Shown here one piece after another: positions 50,168-59,531 of a stretch of DNA of 64,000 nt. A model generated the notes under the pieces. It was not told where the DNA came from. It saw only the letters and a list, made by a program, of their open reading frames with translations, and did no database searches. This DNA is from Myxococcales bacterium (lineage in GTDB: Bacteria > Desulfobacterota > Binatia > HRBIN30), in contig JBBILD010000003.1 in NCBI GenBank assembly GCA_037445065.1, positions 128,001 through 192,000 on the forward strand, written 5' to 3'. How positions within the stretch are numbered: position 1 is the stretch's first letter; every line of letters begins with the position of its first letter. The translations under genes and the position numbers were made by a program.

Positions 50168-50857
50168 CTAGTAGCCCATGAAACGCAAAAAGTCCTGCAA
50201 GCGGCCAAATCGTAAAAAAGGGTTGCGTCGTTTCTGTTCGCCGATGGTCGAAGTTGGAGCGGAGGCGTAGTTATGACCAGGGTACAGAATCGTGTCATCT
50301 GGCAAGCGTGCGAGTTTGTTGACGAGGCTTTCGTACATTTGCGTGGGATCACTGCCAGGTAAGTCCACCCGGCCACAACTGCCGATGAACAGAGTGTCTC
50401 CGGAGATGAGGGAACCGTCTACGAGAAAGCACTGAGAGCCAGGCGTGTGTCCGGGCGTGTGCAGGAACTGCACTTGCAATGTACCGAGAGCCAATGTCTC
50501 GCCTCCTTCGGTCGGGTGGATGTCACTCCTGGACAGGCCCGCGATCCGATTCGCAAACTCGGCCTCTGACTTGTGGAGATACACCTTGACGGGGAAGTTG
50601 CGCTCTAACAGCTCCGCAGCTCCCTGAATGTGCTGTCCAAACAATTTGCCCCCGAGGTGATCCGGGTGAAAGTGTGTTACCAGAATGGCCTTCAGTTGTA
50701 AGTCGTGCTTGGCCAAAGCGTCGGTGATGAGGTCAATGTTCCAAGCAGGGTCGACCACAACCGCCTGACGTGTCTCTGCGTCCGCGACGATGTATACAAA
50801 GTTCTGCATGGGGCCAATTTCGAGCTGGCGGATGCGCAGATTCATGGACGGACTCAC
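50168..50857 (-). CDS. MBL-fold metallo-hydrolase (glyoxalase II-like)
   Basis: THFHPDH, HTPGHTPG, GDTLF, GRVDLPG, YPGH. Confidence 0.92.
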   Translation of the reverse strand: MSPSMNLRIRQLEIGPMQNFVYIVADAETRQAVVVDPAWNIDLITDALAKHDLQLKAILVTHFHPDHLGGKLFGQHIQGAAELLERNFPVKVYLHKSEAEFANRIAGLSRSDIHPTEGGETLALGTLQVQFLHTPGHTPGSQCFLVDGSLISGDTLFIGSCGRVDLPGSDPTQMYESLVNKLARLPDDTILYPGHNYASAPTSTIGEQKRRNPFLRFGRLQDFLRFMGY

Positions 50858-51486
50858 TTCTGTGCCTCCTTGCTGCCTCGCTTCTTATGTCGCTCGTGAG
50901 ATTTTAACCCTCGCTGCCACAGGAACTCCGGCTCGCCGGCCTGTTTCCCGCTCCAGCGGGCAAGCACGAACAGCAGGTCACTGAGCCGATTCAAGTAACG
51001 CAGGGGCCAGTCGCCGACGTTTTCCTCGCGGCTCAATCGCAGAACGAGCCGTTCCGCGCGCCTGCATACCGTGCGCGCTTGGTGGAGGAAGGCGCTCACC
51101 TTTCCCCCACCGGGAAGCACAAAGGAGTTGAGCGGTTCGAGGTCCTTTTGCAGTTCATCCATGAGTTGTTCCAGAGCCCTGACCTCGCTTGGCCCGACAC
51201 GGAACATCCCCTCGTAAGCAGCCTCATTGGGGGTGGCAAGTTCGCTACCCAAATCGAAGAGTTCGTTTTGAAGGCGCCGCAAAATTTCCTCGAGGCGATC
51301 ACGCCCTTCTTCGCGCTTGCGATCCAAGTTAAACGCCCGCGCGATGCCGATGACAGAGTTGAGTTCGTCCAATGTGCCATAAGCCTCGATTCGAGGTGTG
51401 TCCTTCGCCACGCGCTTGCCGCCCACCAGCGCAGTTTCCCCGCGGTCACCGGTACGGGTGTAAACTCGTGTGATGCGGATTGCCAT
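50854..51486 (-). CDS. ATP:cob(I)alamin adenosyltransferase (PduO type)
   Basis: YTRTGDRGET, YGTLDELNS, QNELFDLG, FVLPGG, RTVCRRAER, YLNRLSDLLF. Confidence 0.95.
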   Translation of the reverse strand: MAIRITRVYTRTGDRGETALVGGKRVAKDTPRIEAYGTLDELNSVIGIARAFNLDRKREEGRDRLEEILRRLQNELFDLGSELATPNEAAYEGMFRVGPSEVRALEQLMDELQKDLEPLNSFVLPGGGKVSAFLHQARTVCRRAERLVLRLSREENVGDWPLRYLNRLSDLLFVLARWSGKQAGEPEFLWQRGLKSHERHKKRGSKEAQK

Positions 51487-51536
51487 GAACCAAGCCCTCG
51501 TCGAGACGGTCGTCTAGCGAAAGCAGCAGCCTTCGC

Positions 51537-52055
51537 TCAATGTGGTAGTTGCAGCTCTACTCGATCATCCGGCCTCGCCGGTGGTACCGAAATGACCAGT
51601 GCGAGGGAGCCCTGGTGGTCCGTGTTGCGGAACGCGTGTGCCACGCCTCTCTCGATGAACACCACATCGCCAGCGCGCATGGGAAAAGATTGTGCTCCGA
51701 GCCGGATGACCCCTTTCCCCCTTGCCAAGAAGACAATGAGGTCGTGATCCACGTGTTTATGCAGCGTCTCAGCTCCGTACACGAAAATTCGTTGCAAAAG
51801 AGCTGTTTGGCTGCGCTGCAAGGGCAGCGCCACAATGTCTCTCCGCTCGGCGGGGCGGATCGGGGCTGCGCTCAGCTCGTGCACGGTAACCTCATTTGAG
51901 TAGGCGACGATGGCGCGTGGCTTGGCGCCCACGCAGCCGGTTACCGTACCCAACAGTAGTACCATTCCACACACGTACAGTACCTGGCGGACCCAAGGTG
52001 CCCTCGCAAAGATGGAGACCGTCGCGGTCCTGCGCGAAGTGCGTCGTCGGGCCAT
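51537..52055 (-). CDS. Cupin-domain protein, probable lipoprotein
   Basis: Hydrophobic stretch ending VTGC. Cupin motifs HKHVDHD...GKG and GDVVFIERGVAHAF. Confidence 0.75.
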   Translation of the reverse strand: MARRRTSRRTATVSIFARAPWVRQVLYVCGMVLLLGTVTGCVGAKPRAIVAYSNEVTVHELSAAPIRPAERRDIVALPLQRSQTALLQRIFVYGAETLHKHVDHDLIVFLARGKGVIRLGAQSFPMRAGDVVFIERGVAHAFRNTDHQGSLALVISVPPARPDDRVELQLPH

Positions 52056-52063
52056 TGCTCGAA

Positions 52064-52978
52064 TCAGCGGTACGACGGGTGGTTGTCTCGTGTGAGCTTT
52101 GTGTGCGGGGGAACTGATTCGACGATCCAGAGATTGCCACCGATCACCGAGCCCTCTCCGATCACGGTGTCGCCGCCCAAAATCGTGGCACCGGAATAGA
52201 TTGTCACATTGTCTTCGATCGTTGGATGGCGTTTGCGGTTGCGCAACAAGACTCCGTCTGCGTCCCGCGGAATACTGAGGGCTCCTAGTGTCACGCCCTG
52301 GTAAAGCTTGACGTTATTGCCAATGACACTGGTTTCGCCGATGACCACGCCGGTGCCGTGGTCGATAAAGAAGCTCCGGCCAATGCGGGCCCCAGGGTGG
52401 ATATCGATCCCGGTCTCGCTGTGCGCGTATTCGGAGAGGATACGGGGGATGATGGGCACTTGCTCCAAGTACAGCTCGTGCGCAATCCGGTGCGTCGTGA
52501 TTGCCTGGATGCCAGGGTAGCTAAAAATGATTTCTTCAACGCTTTTGGCGGCTGGGTCGCCTGCAAACGCGGCCAGAACGTCCAGGTTCAGCAACTCGCG
52601 CAGGTGGGGAAGCTTGTTGAGTAAGCGCAGCACAACGTCCTCTGCCCAACTTGGCTCGCGGGGTACGCTTTCTCGCGCACACAGTTGTTCCCAGCGCTGC
52701 GCTCGGGCAATCTGTTCGACCAGGATCTCATAGGCTGGGTACAAGTGCTCACTGAGCGCGTACCGCAAGTTTCCTTTGGTTAGCGGCCGCGTACTGTAAA
52801 AGCCCATGTAGATCGCGTGCTTGAGATGCTGGAGAGCCTCGATCACGGCACGGCGGTTGGGGAGTGCGGCGCTCTCTAAGCTGTCGATCTCGTGGGTGCC
52901 GTCGTAACTGGCGACCACCGCATCCACGATGCGCTCAAGTTCGTCGTAACGCTTGGGCGGCACGGCCCCGCGAGTCAT
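52064..52978 (-). CDS. cysE: Serine O-acetyltransferase (long form)
   Basis: GDPAA, YPG, TGIDIHPGARIG, FIDHGTG, YQGVTLG, KRHPTI. Confidence 0.93.
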   Translation of the reverse strand: MTRGAVPPKRYDELERIVDAVVASYDGTHEIDSLESAALPNRRAVIEALQHLKHAIYMGFYSTRPLTKGNLRYALSEHLYPAYEILVEQIARAQRWEQLCARESVPREPSWAEDVVLRLLNKLPHLRELLNLDVLAAFAGDPAAKSVEEIIFSYPGIQAITTHRIAHELYLEQVPIIPRILSEYAHSETGIDIHPGARIGRSFFIDHGTGVVIGETSVIGNNVKLYQGVTLGALSIPRDADGVLLRNRKRHPTIEDNVTIYSGATILGGDTVIGEGSVIGGNLWIVESVPPHTKLTRDNHPSYR

Positions 52979-53048
52979 GCTCCGCACCTAAGGCAGCGGA
53001 ATGCACAGTGCAAGTGGGTTGAGTTCACGGTCGTGGAGGTGGGTGCGG

Positions 53049-53822
53049 TCAGAAAGCGTCTTTCAGAGCCCGCACCTTGGCAAAGACCGCGACGATGTCG
53101 TCGCCCACGGTCGGATCTAAGCGCCGCACCGTGGCCCTGAGCTCTTCGCTCCAGCACCGCAAAAACGGGTTTGTCGCCTTTTCTTCCGCGATCGTCGTGG
53201 GCACCGTGGGCAGGCCGTGCCGCCTGAGTTCGAGAACACGCGCGTATTTCTCTTGAAGAGTACGATTGTGCGGCTCGAGGGTCAAGGCAAATTCCAAATT
53301 TTTTTGGGTGTATTCGTGGCCGCAGTAGACTTGGGTCTCAGGCGGCAGAGCACTCAAGCGTTCGAGAGAGCGCAGCATCGTAGCCGCATCCCCTTCGAAG
53401 AGGCGGCCACAACCGCCGGCGAAGAGCGTGTCGCCTGTGAACAGCACTCCGGGCCGTTCGAAATAATACGCGACATGCCCACTGGTGTGCGCGGGAATGA
53501 ACAGCACACGTGCGGTCAAGTTGCCGATGGCCACGCATCCTCCGTCATCCACCTCCTCATTCGCCCCAGGGATGCGGCGCGACTCACCGCGAAGCGCGAT
53601 CACTCGAAGCGGCTTGAAGCGAAGCAAATCGTTATTCCCCCCGACGTGATCGAAGTGGTGGTGCGTGGGCAAGATGGCAACGAGGTCCGCCTTTTGCCGC
53701 TCGACCTCGTCCAGGACCGGCCCGGCCTCGGCACAGTCGATCACGGCTGCTTGATTCGTTTCTCGGTCAATGACCAGGTAGGCGTAGTTATCGCGTAATT
53801 GGGGAATCGGGATCACTTTCAT
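53049..53822 (-). CDS. gloB: Hydroxyacylglutathione hydrolase (glyoxalase II)
   Basis: DNYAY, THHHFDHVGGN, FTGDTLFAGGCGRLFEG, CGHEYT, EKATNPFLR. Confidence 0.95.
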   Translation of the reverse strand: MKVIPIPQLRDNYAYLVIDRETNQAAVIDCAEAGPVLDEVERQKADLVAILPTHHHFDHVGGNNDLLRFKPLRVIALRGESRRIPGANEEVDDGGCVAIGNLTARVLFIPAHTSGHVAYYFERPGVLFTGDTLFAGGCGRLFEGDAATMLRSLERLSALPPETQVYCGHEYTQKNLEFALTLEPHNRTLQEKYARVLELRRHGLPTVPTTIAEEKATNPFLRCWSEELRATVRRLDPTVGDDIVAVFAKVRALKDAF

Positions 53823-54874
53823 TCTGGGTTCTCGGACTCCTTTGATTCATCACTGGCCGCCGTGCGCCGAAGGCCCAGGATTTCCTCGACGTGCCGTACG
53901 CGTTGGAGGAGTTCGGGTAGGCGGTGGAGAGCAGCCTCTTGGCGGCGCCAACGGCGAATATCCACCGCCGGTGAGCCGCCCACCGTGCTGCCAGGTGGCA
54001 CATTGCTGTGAAGGCCCGACTGTGCGGCGACCTGGGCTCCGTCCCCAACCTCCAAGTGGCCAGCACTGCCGACTTGACCGCCGAGGCGCACAAACCGGCC
54101 GACTCGGGTGCTGCCGGAAAGGCCGGTTTGTGCGGCAATCACGGATCCCTCACCGATTTGGCAGCCGTGTGCGATCATGACCAGGTTGTCGATCTTCACG
54201 GACCGTCCGATCCTTGTAGCCCCAACTGCTGCGCGATCCACAGTTGTGTTGGCACCGATCTCGACATCGTCCTCGATGATCACTGTTCCGGCTTGAGTGA
54301 TCCGCCGGACGGACCCGTCAGCCCGCAACACGAAACCGAACCCATCACCGCCAATGACGCAGCCGCTCTGCAGGGTTACACGATTACCAATCACGACCCG
54401 TTCGCGCACGGTGACGTGCGCATGCGCTACGAAGTCGTCGCCAATCTGCACCTCGGGGTACAGAACGACGTGAGCGTCCAGGTAGGCACGCGCGCCGATC
54501 CGAACGCCGGGACCAATGACGGAATACGGTCCGATCGAAGCCTCCGGTCCGATGCTTGCCGTCGGATCAATCACGGCGGTTGGGTGAATACCGGAGAAGC
54601 GTGGCGGAGGAACATAAAACAGGTCGAGCGCGCGTGCGAAGGTTTCGTAAGGATCCAAGGCTCGCAGCGTTGGGAGGGAAACCTCACCTTCGTTTCGTCC
54701 GACGATCACGGCGGAGGCACGGGTCTGGGCCAGGTATGGTCGGTAACGCGGGTTGGCGAGGAAAGTGAGATCGCCTCGTTCAGCCTCTTGGATGGGCATG
54801 ACCCGGTGAATTTCGACCTCCCCGTCACCTTGAAGTTCGCATCCAAGAATCTCAGCGAGATCGGCTAGCTTCAT
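53819..54874 (-). CDS. lpxD: UDP-3-O-(3-hydroxyacyl)glucosamine N-acyltransferase
   Basis: LTFLANPRY, hexapeptide repeats, [28 protein letters not shown]. Confidence 0.96.
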   Translation of the reverse strand: MKLADLAEILGCELQGDGEVEIHRVMPIQEAERGDLTFLANPRYRPYLAQTRASAVIVGRNEGEVSLPTLRALDPYETFARALDLFYVPPPRFSGIHPTAVIDPTASIGPEASIGPYSVIGPGVRIGARAYLDAHVVLYPEVQIGDDFVAHAHVTVRERVVIGNRVTLQSGCVIGGDGFGFVLRADGSVRRITQAGTVIIEDDVEIGANTTVDRAAVGATRIGRSVKIDNLVMIAHGCQIGEGSVIAAQTGLSGSTRVGRFVRLGGQVGSAGHLEVGDGAQVAAQSGLHSNVPPGSTVGGSPAVDIRRWRRQEAALHRLPELLQRVRHVEEILGLRRTAASDESKESENPE

Positions 54875-55001
54875 GCTCGTTCCTTCTAAGCAGAGAAGCC
54901 GTTGCGCCGGTAGCTACGCTCGCGGGCTCAGGCAAAACTTGTGTCCTGTCCCCGGTTCGATTGCTCCTCCGAGGGGGCTGTGTTACAAGCCGCCGCCGCT
55001 T

Positions 55002-55367
55002 ATGCAACAGGAACCAGACTTTGACAAGCGCGGTGGCCTAGTGGTGGCGGTGGCGCAGGACGCGGACAGTGGCGAAGTCCTGATGGTTGCCTACATGAAC
55101 CGTGAGGCATGGCAGCGCACGCTAGCCACGGGCCGAGCTTGCTACTGGAGCACATCGCGGCAGAAGCTTTGGGTGAAGGGTGAGACATCCGGCCACTTTC
55201 AAGAAGTCGCGGAAGTGCGGGTGGACTGTGATTCGGATGCGGTTCTGTTGAAAGTGCGCCAGCTTGGGGGAGCGGCTTGCCACGAAGGCTACAAGAGCTG
55301 TTTTTTTCGCCGGGTTGATCCGCAAGGGTGGACGGTGGTCGAGTCACGGGTAGTCGCGCCTGAGTAA
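55002..55367 (+). CDS. hisI: Phosphoribosyl-AMP cyclohydrolase
   Basis: [39 protein letters not shown]. Confidence 0.95.
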   Translation: MQQEPDFDKRGGLVVAVAQDADSGEVLMVAYMNREAWQRTLATGRACYWSTSRQKLWVKGETSGHFQEVAEVRVDCDSDAVLLKVRQLGGAACHEGYKSCFFRRVDPQGWTVVESRVVAPE

Positions 55368-55390
55368 ACCCGTTTCCGGGGTGTTGAACG

Positions 55391-56302
55391 ATGGAGGCAC
55401 CTTCCGCGCAGCAGCGGCTCAAGCTGGGAATTCCAAAAGGGAGTTTGCAAGAAGCCACGGTTGAACTCTTTCGCCGCGCAGGGTGGAAAATTGCGATTTC
55501 GGATCGCAGTTACTTCCCGACGATCGACGACCCTACGATCCGGTGTTCACTGGTGCGCGCCCAGGAGATGGCTCGGTACGTGGAGGACGGCACCTTGGAC
55601 GCTGGGATTACGGGCATCGATTGGATTCGTGAGAACAACGCCAACGTACAGGTGGTGTGTGATTTGGTGTATTCGAAGTCGAGTTTTCGCCCGACTCGCT
55701 GGGTCCTTGTGGTTCCTGAGGATTCACCGGTTCAAAAACCCGAGGACTTGCGCGGGAAAAGAATCGCCACCGAGCTCGTGAACTTTACCCGCAAGTACTT
55801 TGCGGAGAGAAACATCCCCGTCGAAGTGGAATTTTCGTGGGGAGCGACCGAGGCGAAAGCGGCTGATGGTCTGGTAGATGCGATTGTCGAGGTCACCGAA
55901 ACGGGAAGTACGATCCGCGCAAATCGATTGCGTATCGTTTGTGAACTCTTTCAATCGAACCCGCAGCTCATCGCGAACGCACGCGCGTGGGAGGAAGCCT
56001 GGAAGCGTGCAAAGATCGAGCAGATTGCTTTGCTGCTCCAAGGAGCACTGGAAGCGGAGGGCAAAGTGGGAATTAAAATGAACGTTCCGAAAAGTCGGCT
56101 CGAGCAAGTGGTGGCGCTCATACCGAGTCTGACCGCACCCACCGTTTCGCCCTTGTTTCCGACGGGGGCTCTAGCCGGGCAAGAATGGTACGCGGTGGAA
56201 AGCGTGATTCCTGAGGCACAGGTGCGGGAATTAATCCCCCGCTTGATTCGTGAAGGGGCGACCGGGATTATCGAGTATCCGCTGAACAAAATCGTGGGCT
56301 AA
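55391..56302 (+). CDS. hisG: ATP phosphoribosyltransferase (long form)
   Basis: [34 protein letters not shown] and a C-terminal PTVSPL regulatory domain. Confidence 0.95.
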   Translation: MEAPSAQQRLKLGIPKGSLQEATVELFRRAGWKIAISDRSYFPTIDDPTIRCSLVRAQEMARYVEDGTLDAGITGIDWIRENNANVQVVCDLVYSKSSFRPTRWVLVVPEDSPVQKPEDLRGKRIATELVNFTRKYFAERNIPVEVEFSWGATEAKAADGLVDAIVEVTETGSTIRANRLRIVCELFQSNPQLIANARAWEEAWKRAKIEQIALLLQGALEAEGKVGIKMNVPKSRLEQVVALIPSLTAPTVSPLFPTGALAGQEWYAVESVIPEAQVRELIPRLIREGATGIIEYPLNKIVG

Positions 56303-56323
56303 CTGTTCGCGTGCGGGTGAGAC

Positions 56324-56716
56324 ATGGCGCGAGTAATTCATGGCAAATGGTGGGCCCACTGTCTCGTTGCTGGACTCCTGTTTTTGGGAGGCTGCGAGAC
56401 AGATACAGAGGCTCGGGCCCGCAAGGCCGCCGAGAAGATCAAGGAGTCCATACCGGACGTGCAAGCGCGAGCGTTGGCTCAACCGGTCACCGAAGAGGAT
56501 GTTCGCCTGGCACAAACCGCGCTGCGCGCTGTGCACGAATACTTGGGCGAAATCAACGGTAAGTTGGATTCTGTAACGGTGAATGCGATCCAAGCGTTCC
56601 AGCGGTCGCGCGGACTGCGGGACGACGGGATTCTGGACGAGCGGACCAAACAGGAGTTGCGCGCGGTGTTAGAGAGTGGAAGCGAGGCGGCGCGCAAGGC
56701 TTCTGGCAGTCGCTGA
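56324..56716 (+). CDS. Peptidoglycan-binding domain lipoprotein
   Basis: Lipobox LGGC. VRLAQTAL...Y-GEINGKLD...AIQAFQRSRGL..DG. Confidence 0.85.
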   Translation: MARVIHGKWWAHCLVAGLLFLGGCETDTEARARKAAEKIKESIPDVQARALAQPVTEEDVRLAQTALRAVHEYLGEINGKLDSVTVNAIQAFQRSRGLRDDGILDERTKQELRAVLESGSEAARKASGSR

Positions 56717-56801
56717 AACAGCGTTCGCCCGAAGTGACCCAAAACTCTCGAACTAGCGACGTTAGCCAAGCCGGTGCTTCAGCGTCCGATAGGGGCAGGA
56801 C

Positions 56802-58052
56802 GTGAATACGCGCAATCAGGTGGTCGCGTTTGGTCTGAGCGCCATGGCGGTCGCGTACTTGGACCGCGTTTGCATCGCGGCTGCCGCACCGAAGATCCGC
56901 GCCGACTTGGCGCTCAGCGATGCGCAACTCGGCTACGTATTCAGTGCTTTTACCTTAGCCTATGCGCTGTTCGAAATGCCCAGCGGGTACTTGGCAGATC
57001 GTTTCGGGGCGCGTTTGATGATGGCGCGGATCGTTGTATGGTGGTCTGGCCTGACCACGCTCACCGGCGCCGCAACCGGTTTCTTTTCTCTGCTCGTCAC
57101 CCGCTTTTTGTTCGGTGTTGGAGAGGCGGGTGTGATGCCGACCCTGGCGCGAGCGTTCGGGCGTTGGTTACCGTGGCATGAGAGTGGGCGCGCTTTTGGT
57201 GCCACCATTATGGCGGGCGCAGTGGCGGGAGCCGTGACCCAGCCGCTTGCCATGGCCTTGTTCGAAGAGATTGGTTGGCGAGCTGGATTCGTTTGCTTCG
57301 GTTGTGTCGGCCTTGTTTGGGTCTGGTTCTGGTTGCGCTGGTTCTATGATGAGCCCCAGCTGCACCCGCGTATTCGTCCGGAGGAACTCCAGTTGATCTT
57401 GGCGCAGCGGGTAGGGGAAGGGTCAGGAATCCATTGGACGAAGACTCTGTTGCGCAATGAGTACCTAGGGCTCTGCGGGAGCTACTTTCTGGTGATTTAC
57501 GGCTGGTACTTCTACATCACTTGGTTGCCGTCGTACTTGATTCGCGCGCGCGGATTCGGAGCTTTGGAGGCGGGAGGGTTCGCTGCCTTACCGTTGGTTG
57601 CCATTGCGGTCGGCGTCGCCCTAGGCGGCTGGCTTAGTGACGCACTTTCTAAGCGCTTTGGAGGGGTGCTCGGGAGGGGGTTGCCGGGATCGCTAGGACT
57701 CTTCGCGGCGGCGAGTTGCTTGGGTGGCAGCGTTCACGTGGAGCACGCGGTTTGGGCGGCGGCGTTGCTCTCCGTGGCTGCGGGTTTCGCCGCTCTGAGC
57801 GTGGCTCCTGCTTGGGCCGCGTGCAACGAGCTGGGTGGCAAGGACGCGGGTGTTCTCACCGGGGGGATGAACATGTGCGGGAACTTTGGGGGAGCGCTGA
57901 ACGGTGTGGTGATCGGCTGGATGCAAGAAGCCTGGGGTTCTTGGGATTCGGGTCTGTGGACGATCGTTGTGGGGTACTTTCTTGGGGCTTTGCTCTGGTT
58001 ATGGATGAGCTGTCCGAAGTACGTGCGCTCTCTCCCACGCGCAGGGAGGTAG
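56802..58052 (+). CDS. MFS transporter (ACS/D-galactonate-like family)
   Basis: YLDR, GYLADRFGAR, RFLFGVGEA, WLPSYL, GWLSD. Confidence 0.92.
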   Translation: MNTRNQVVAFGLSAMAVAYLDRVCIAAAAPKIRADLALSDAQLGYVFSAFTLAYALFEMPSGYLADRFGARLMMARIVVWWSGLTTLTGAATGFFSLLVTRFLFGVGEAGVMPTLARAFGRWLPWHESGRAFGATIMAGAVAGAVTQPLAMALFEEIGWRAGFVCFGCVGLVWVWFWLRWFYDEPQLHPRIRPEELQLILAQRVGEGSGIHWTKTLLRNEYLGLCGSYFLVIYGWYFYITWLPSYLIRARGFGALEAGGFAALPLVAIAVGVALGGWLSDALSKRFGGVLGRGLPGSLGLFAAASCLGGSVHVEHAVWAAALLSVAAGFAALSVAPAWAACNELGGKDAGVLTGGMNMCGNFGGALNGVVIGWMQEAWGSWDSGLWTIVVGYFLGALLWLWMSCPKYVRSLPRAGR

Positions 58053-58061
58053 TGGTTGAAA

Positions 58062-59444
58062 TCAGTGCTTTGTCAGAAGCTCGTACCCGGATTGTCTGCC
58101 ACGCTGGATGAGTAGAAGTACGGAGTCGCCTGCGCGGGCAAGCGCTGTCTCGCACGAGCGAACCGAGCTCACCGGCTGTTGGTCTACTTGCCGAATCACG
58201 TCTCCAGGCTGCAGCCCGGCTTGGTCAGCCGGGCTTGCAGGAAGGACTTGCCGGATCACGACGCCGCGCGTGCCTCGGGGGATACCGAGCCGACTGGCAA
58301 GATGGGGGGTCAAATCCGTGAGCACCAAGCCCCATTCCGCGGCGGCCTGTTGCCCCGTTCGACCACGATCTTCGAACCCAGGCTGATCGGCAATCGTGAC
58401 TCTCGTCTGGAATTGTTTGCCATTCCGGATGTACGCTAGGGGCGCCTTCGTGCCCACCGGCAGTTCAGCGATCTTCGCGGTGAGCTGGCGGCTTTCTTCG
58501 ATAGCCACGCCATTGAACTCCACCACTATATCGCCCCGTTCTAGACCAGCCTTTTCCGCTGGACTTGCGGGTTCGACCTCGACAACGAGTGCCCCCCGCG
58601 GCCGGTCCAACCCGAAGGCGTCAGCCATGTCCTGCGTGACATCCTGGATAGAAATGCCCAGCCAGCCGCGAATCACTCGGCCGTGCTCTTTGAGTTCGCT
58701 GATCACCTTGCGGGCGAGGTTGATCGGGATGGCGAACCCGATACCAATATTACCGCCACTACGGCTCAAAATGGCCGAGTTGATTCCTACGACCTCGCCC
58801 TTGAGATTGAGAAGGGGACCGCCTGAGTTTCCCGGGTTAATGGAGGCGTCGGTCTGGATGAAGTCATCGTAGGGCCCAGCTCCAATCGCACGATCTTTGG
58901 CGCTCACGATGCCGGCAGTAACCGTTGAGGCTAAGCCGAAGGGGTTACCGACAGCGACTACCCAGTCGCCCACTTCGAGCGAGTCAGAATCACCTAGTGT
59001 GGCGGCGGGCAGGGGGTTGCGGGGGCGGATCTTGAGCAGGGCAATGTCTGTTTTCTGATCCATTCCCACTAACCGGGCGTCGTACTCCTCACGCGTCGCG
59101 AGCCGGACACGGATTTGCTGCGCCATAGCCACGACGTGTGCATTCGTCACGACGTAGCCATCGCCGCTGACGATAAATCCTGAGCCGAGGCTCTGTTGCT
59201 TTTGGGCGAAATAGGGTAGCCCAGGACCGAAGAATTGGCGGAAAAAGTCCTCGACAGGATCTCCCGTACTGCCGGGCACGCGCACGACGCGCGTCGAAAA
59301 GATATGCACCACGATCGAGCGAGCTGCCCGGGCGACGGGTGCAAACGACTCTGGAACTGAATTCAGGGCCAGTGCGTGCTGTGTTCCCCACCACAGCGTG
59401 ACTGCGGCCCCGAGGGAGGGGATGAGGGCGAGTTTGCTGCGCAT
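58062..59444 (-). CDS. Do/DegP/DegQ family serine endopeptidase with two PDZ domains
   Basis: GSGFI, TNAHV, DIALLK, QTDASINPGNSGGPL, GIGFAIP. Confidence 0.95.
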   Translation of the reverse strand: MRSKLALIPSLGAAVTLWWGTQHALALNSVPESFAPVARAARSIVVHIFSTRVVRVPGSTGDPVEDFFRQFFGPGLPYFAQKQQSLGSGFIVSGDGYVVTNAHVVAMAQQIRVRLATREEYDARLVGMDQKTDIALLKIRPRNPLPAATLGDSDSLEVGDWVVAVGNPFGLASTVTAGIVSAKDRAIGAGPYDDFIQTDASINPGNSGGPLLNLKGEVVGINSAILSRSGGNIGIGFAIPINLARKVISELKEHGRVIRGWLGISIQDVTQDMADAFGLDRPRGALVVEVEPASPAEKAGLERGDIVVEFNGVAIEESRQLTAKIAELPVGTKAPLAYIRNGKQFQTRVTIADQPGFEDRGRTGQQAAAEWGLVLTDLTPHLASRLGIPRGTRGVVIRQVLPASPADQAGLQPGDVIRQVDQQPVSSVRSCETALARAGDSVLLLIQRGRQSGYELLTKH

Positions 59445-59531
59445 GGATTTGTGAGCGCGGTTCGCTAGCAGCACAGCGGTGAAGAATCTAGCTTCGTAGC
59501 TGTGTGGCGGTTGCCGAGCGGGGAGCGGGAG

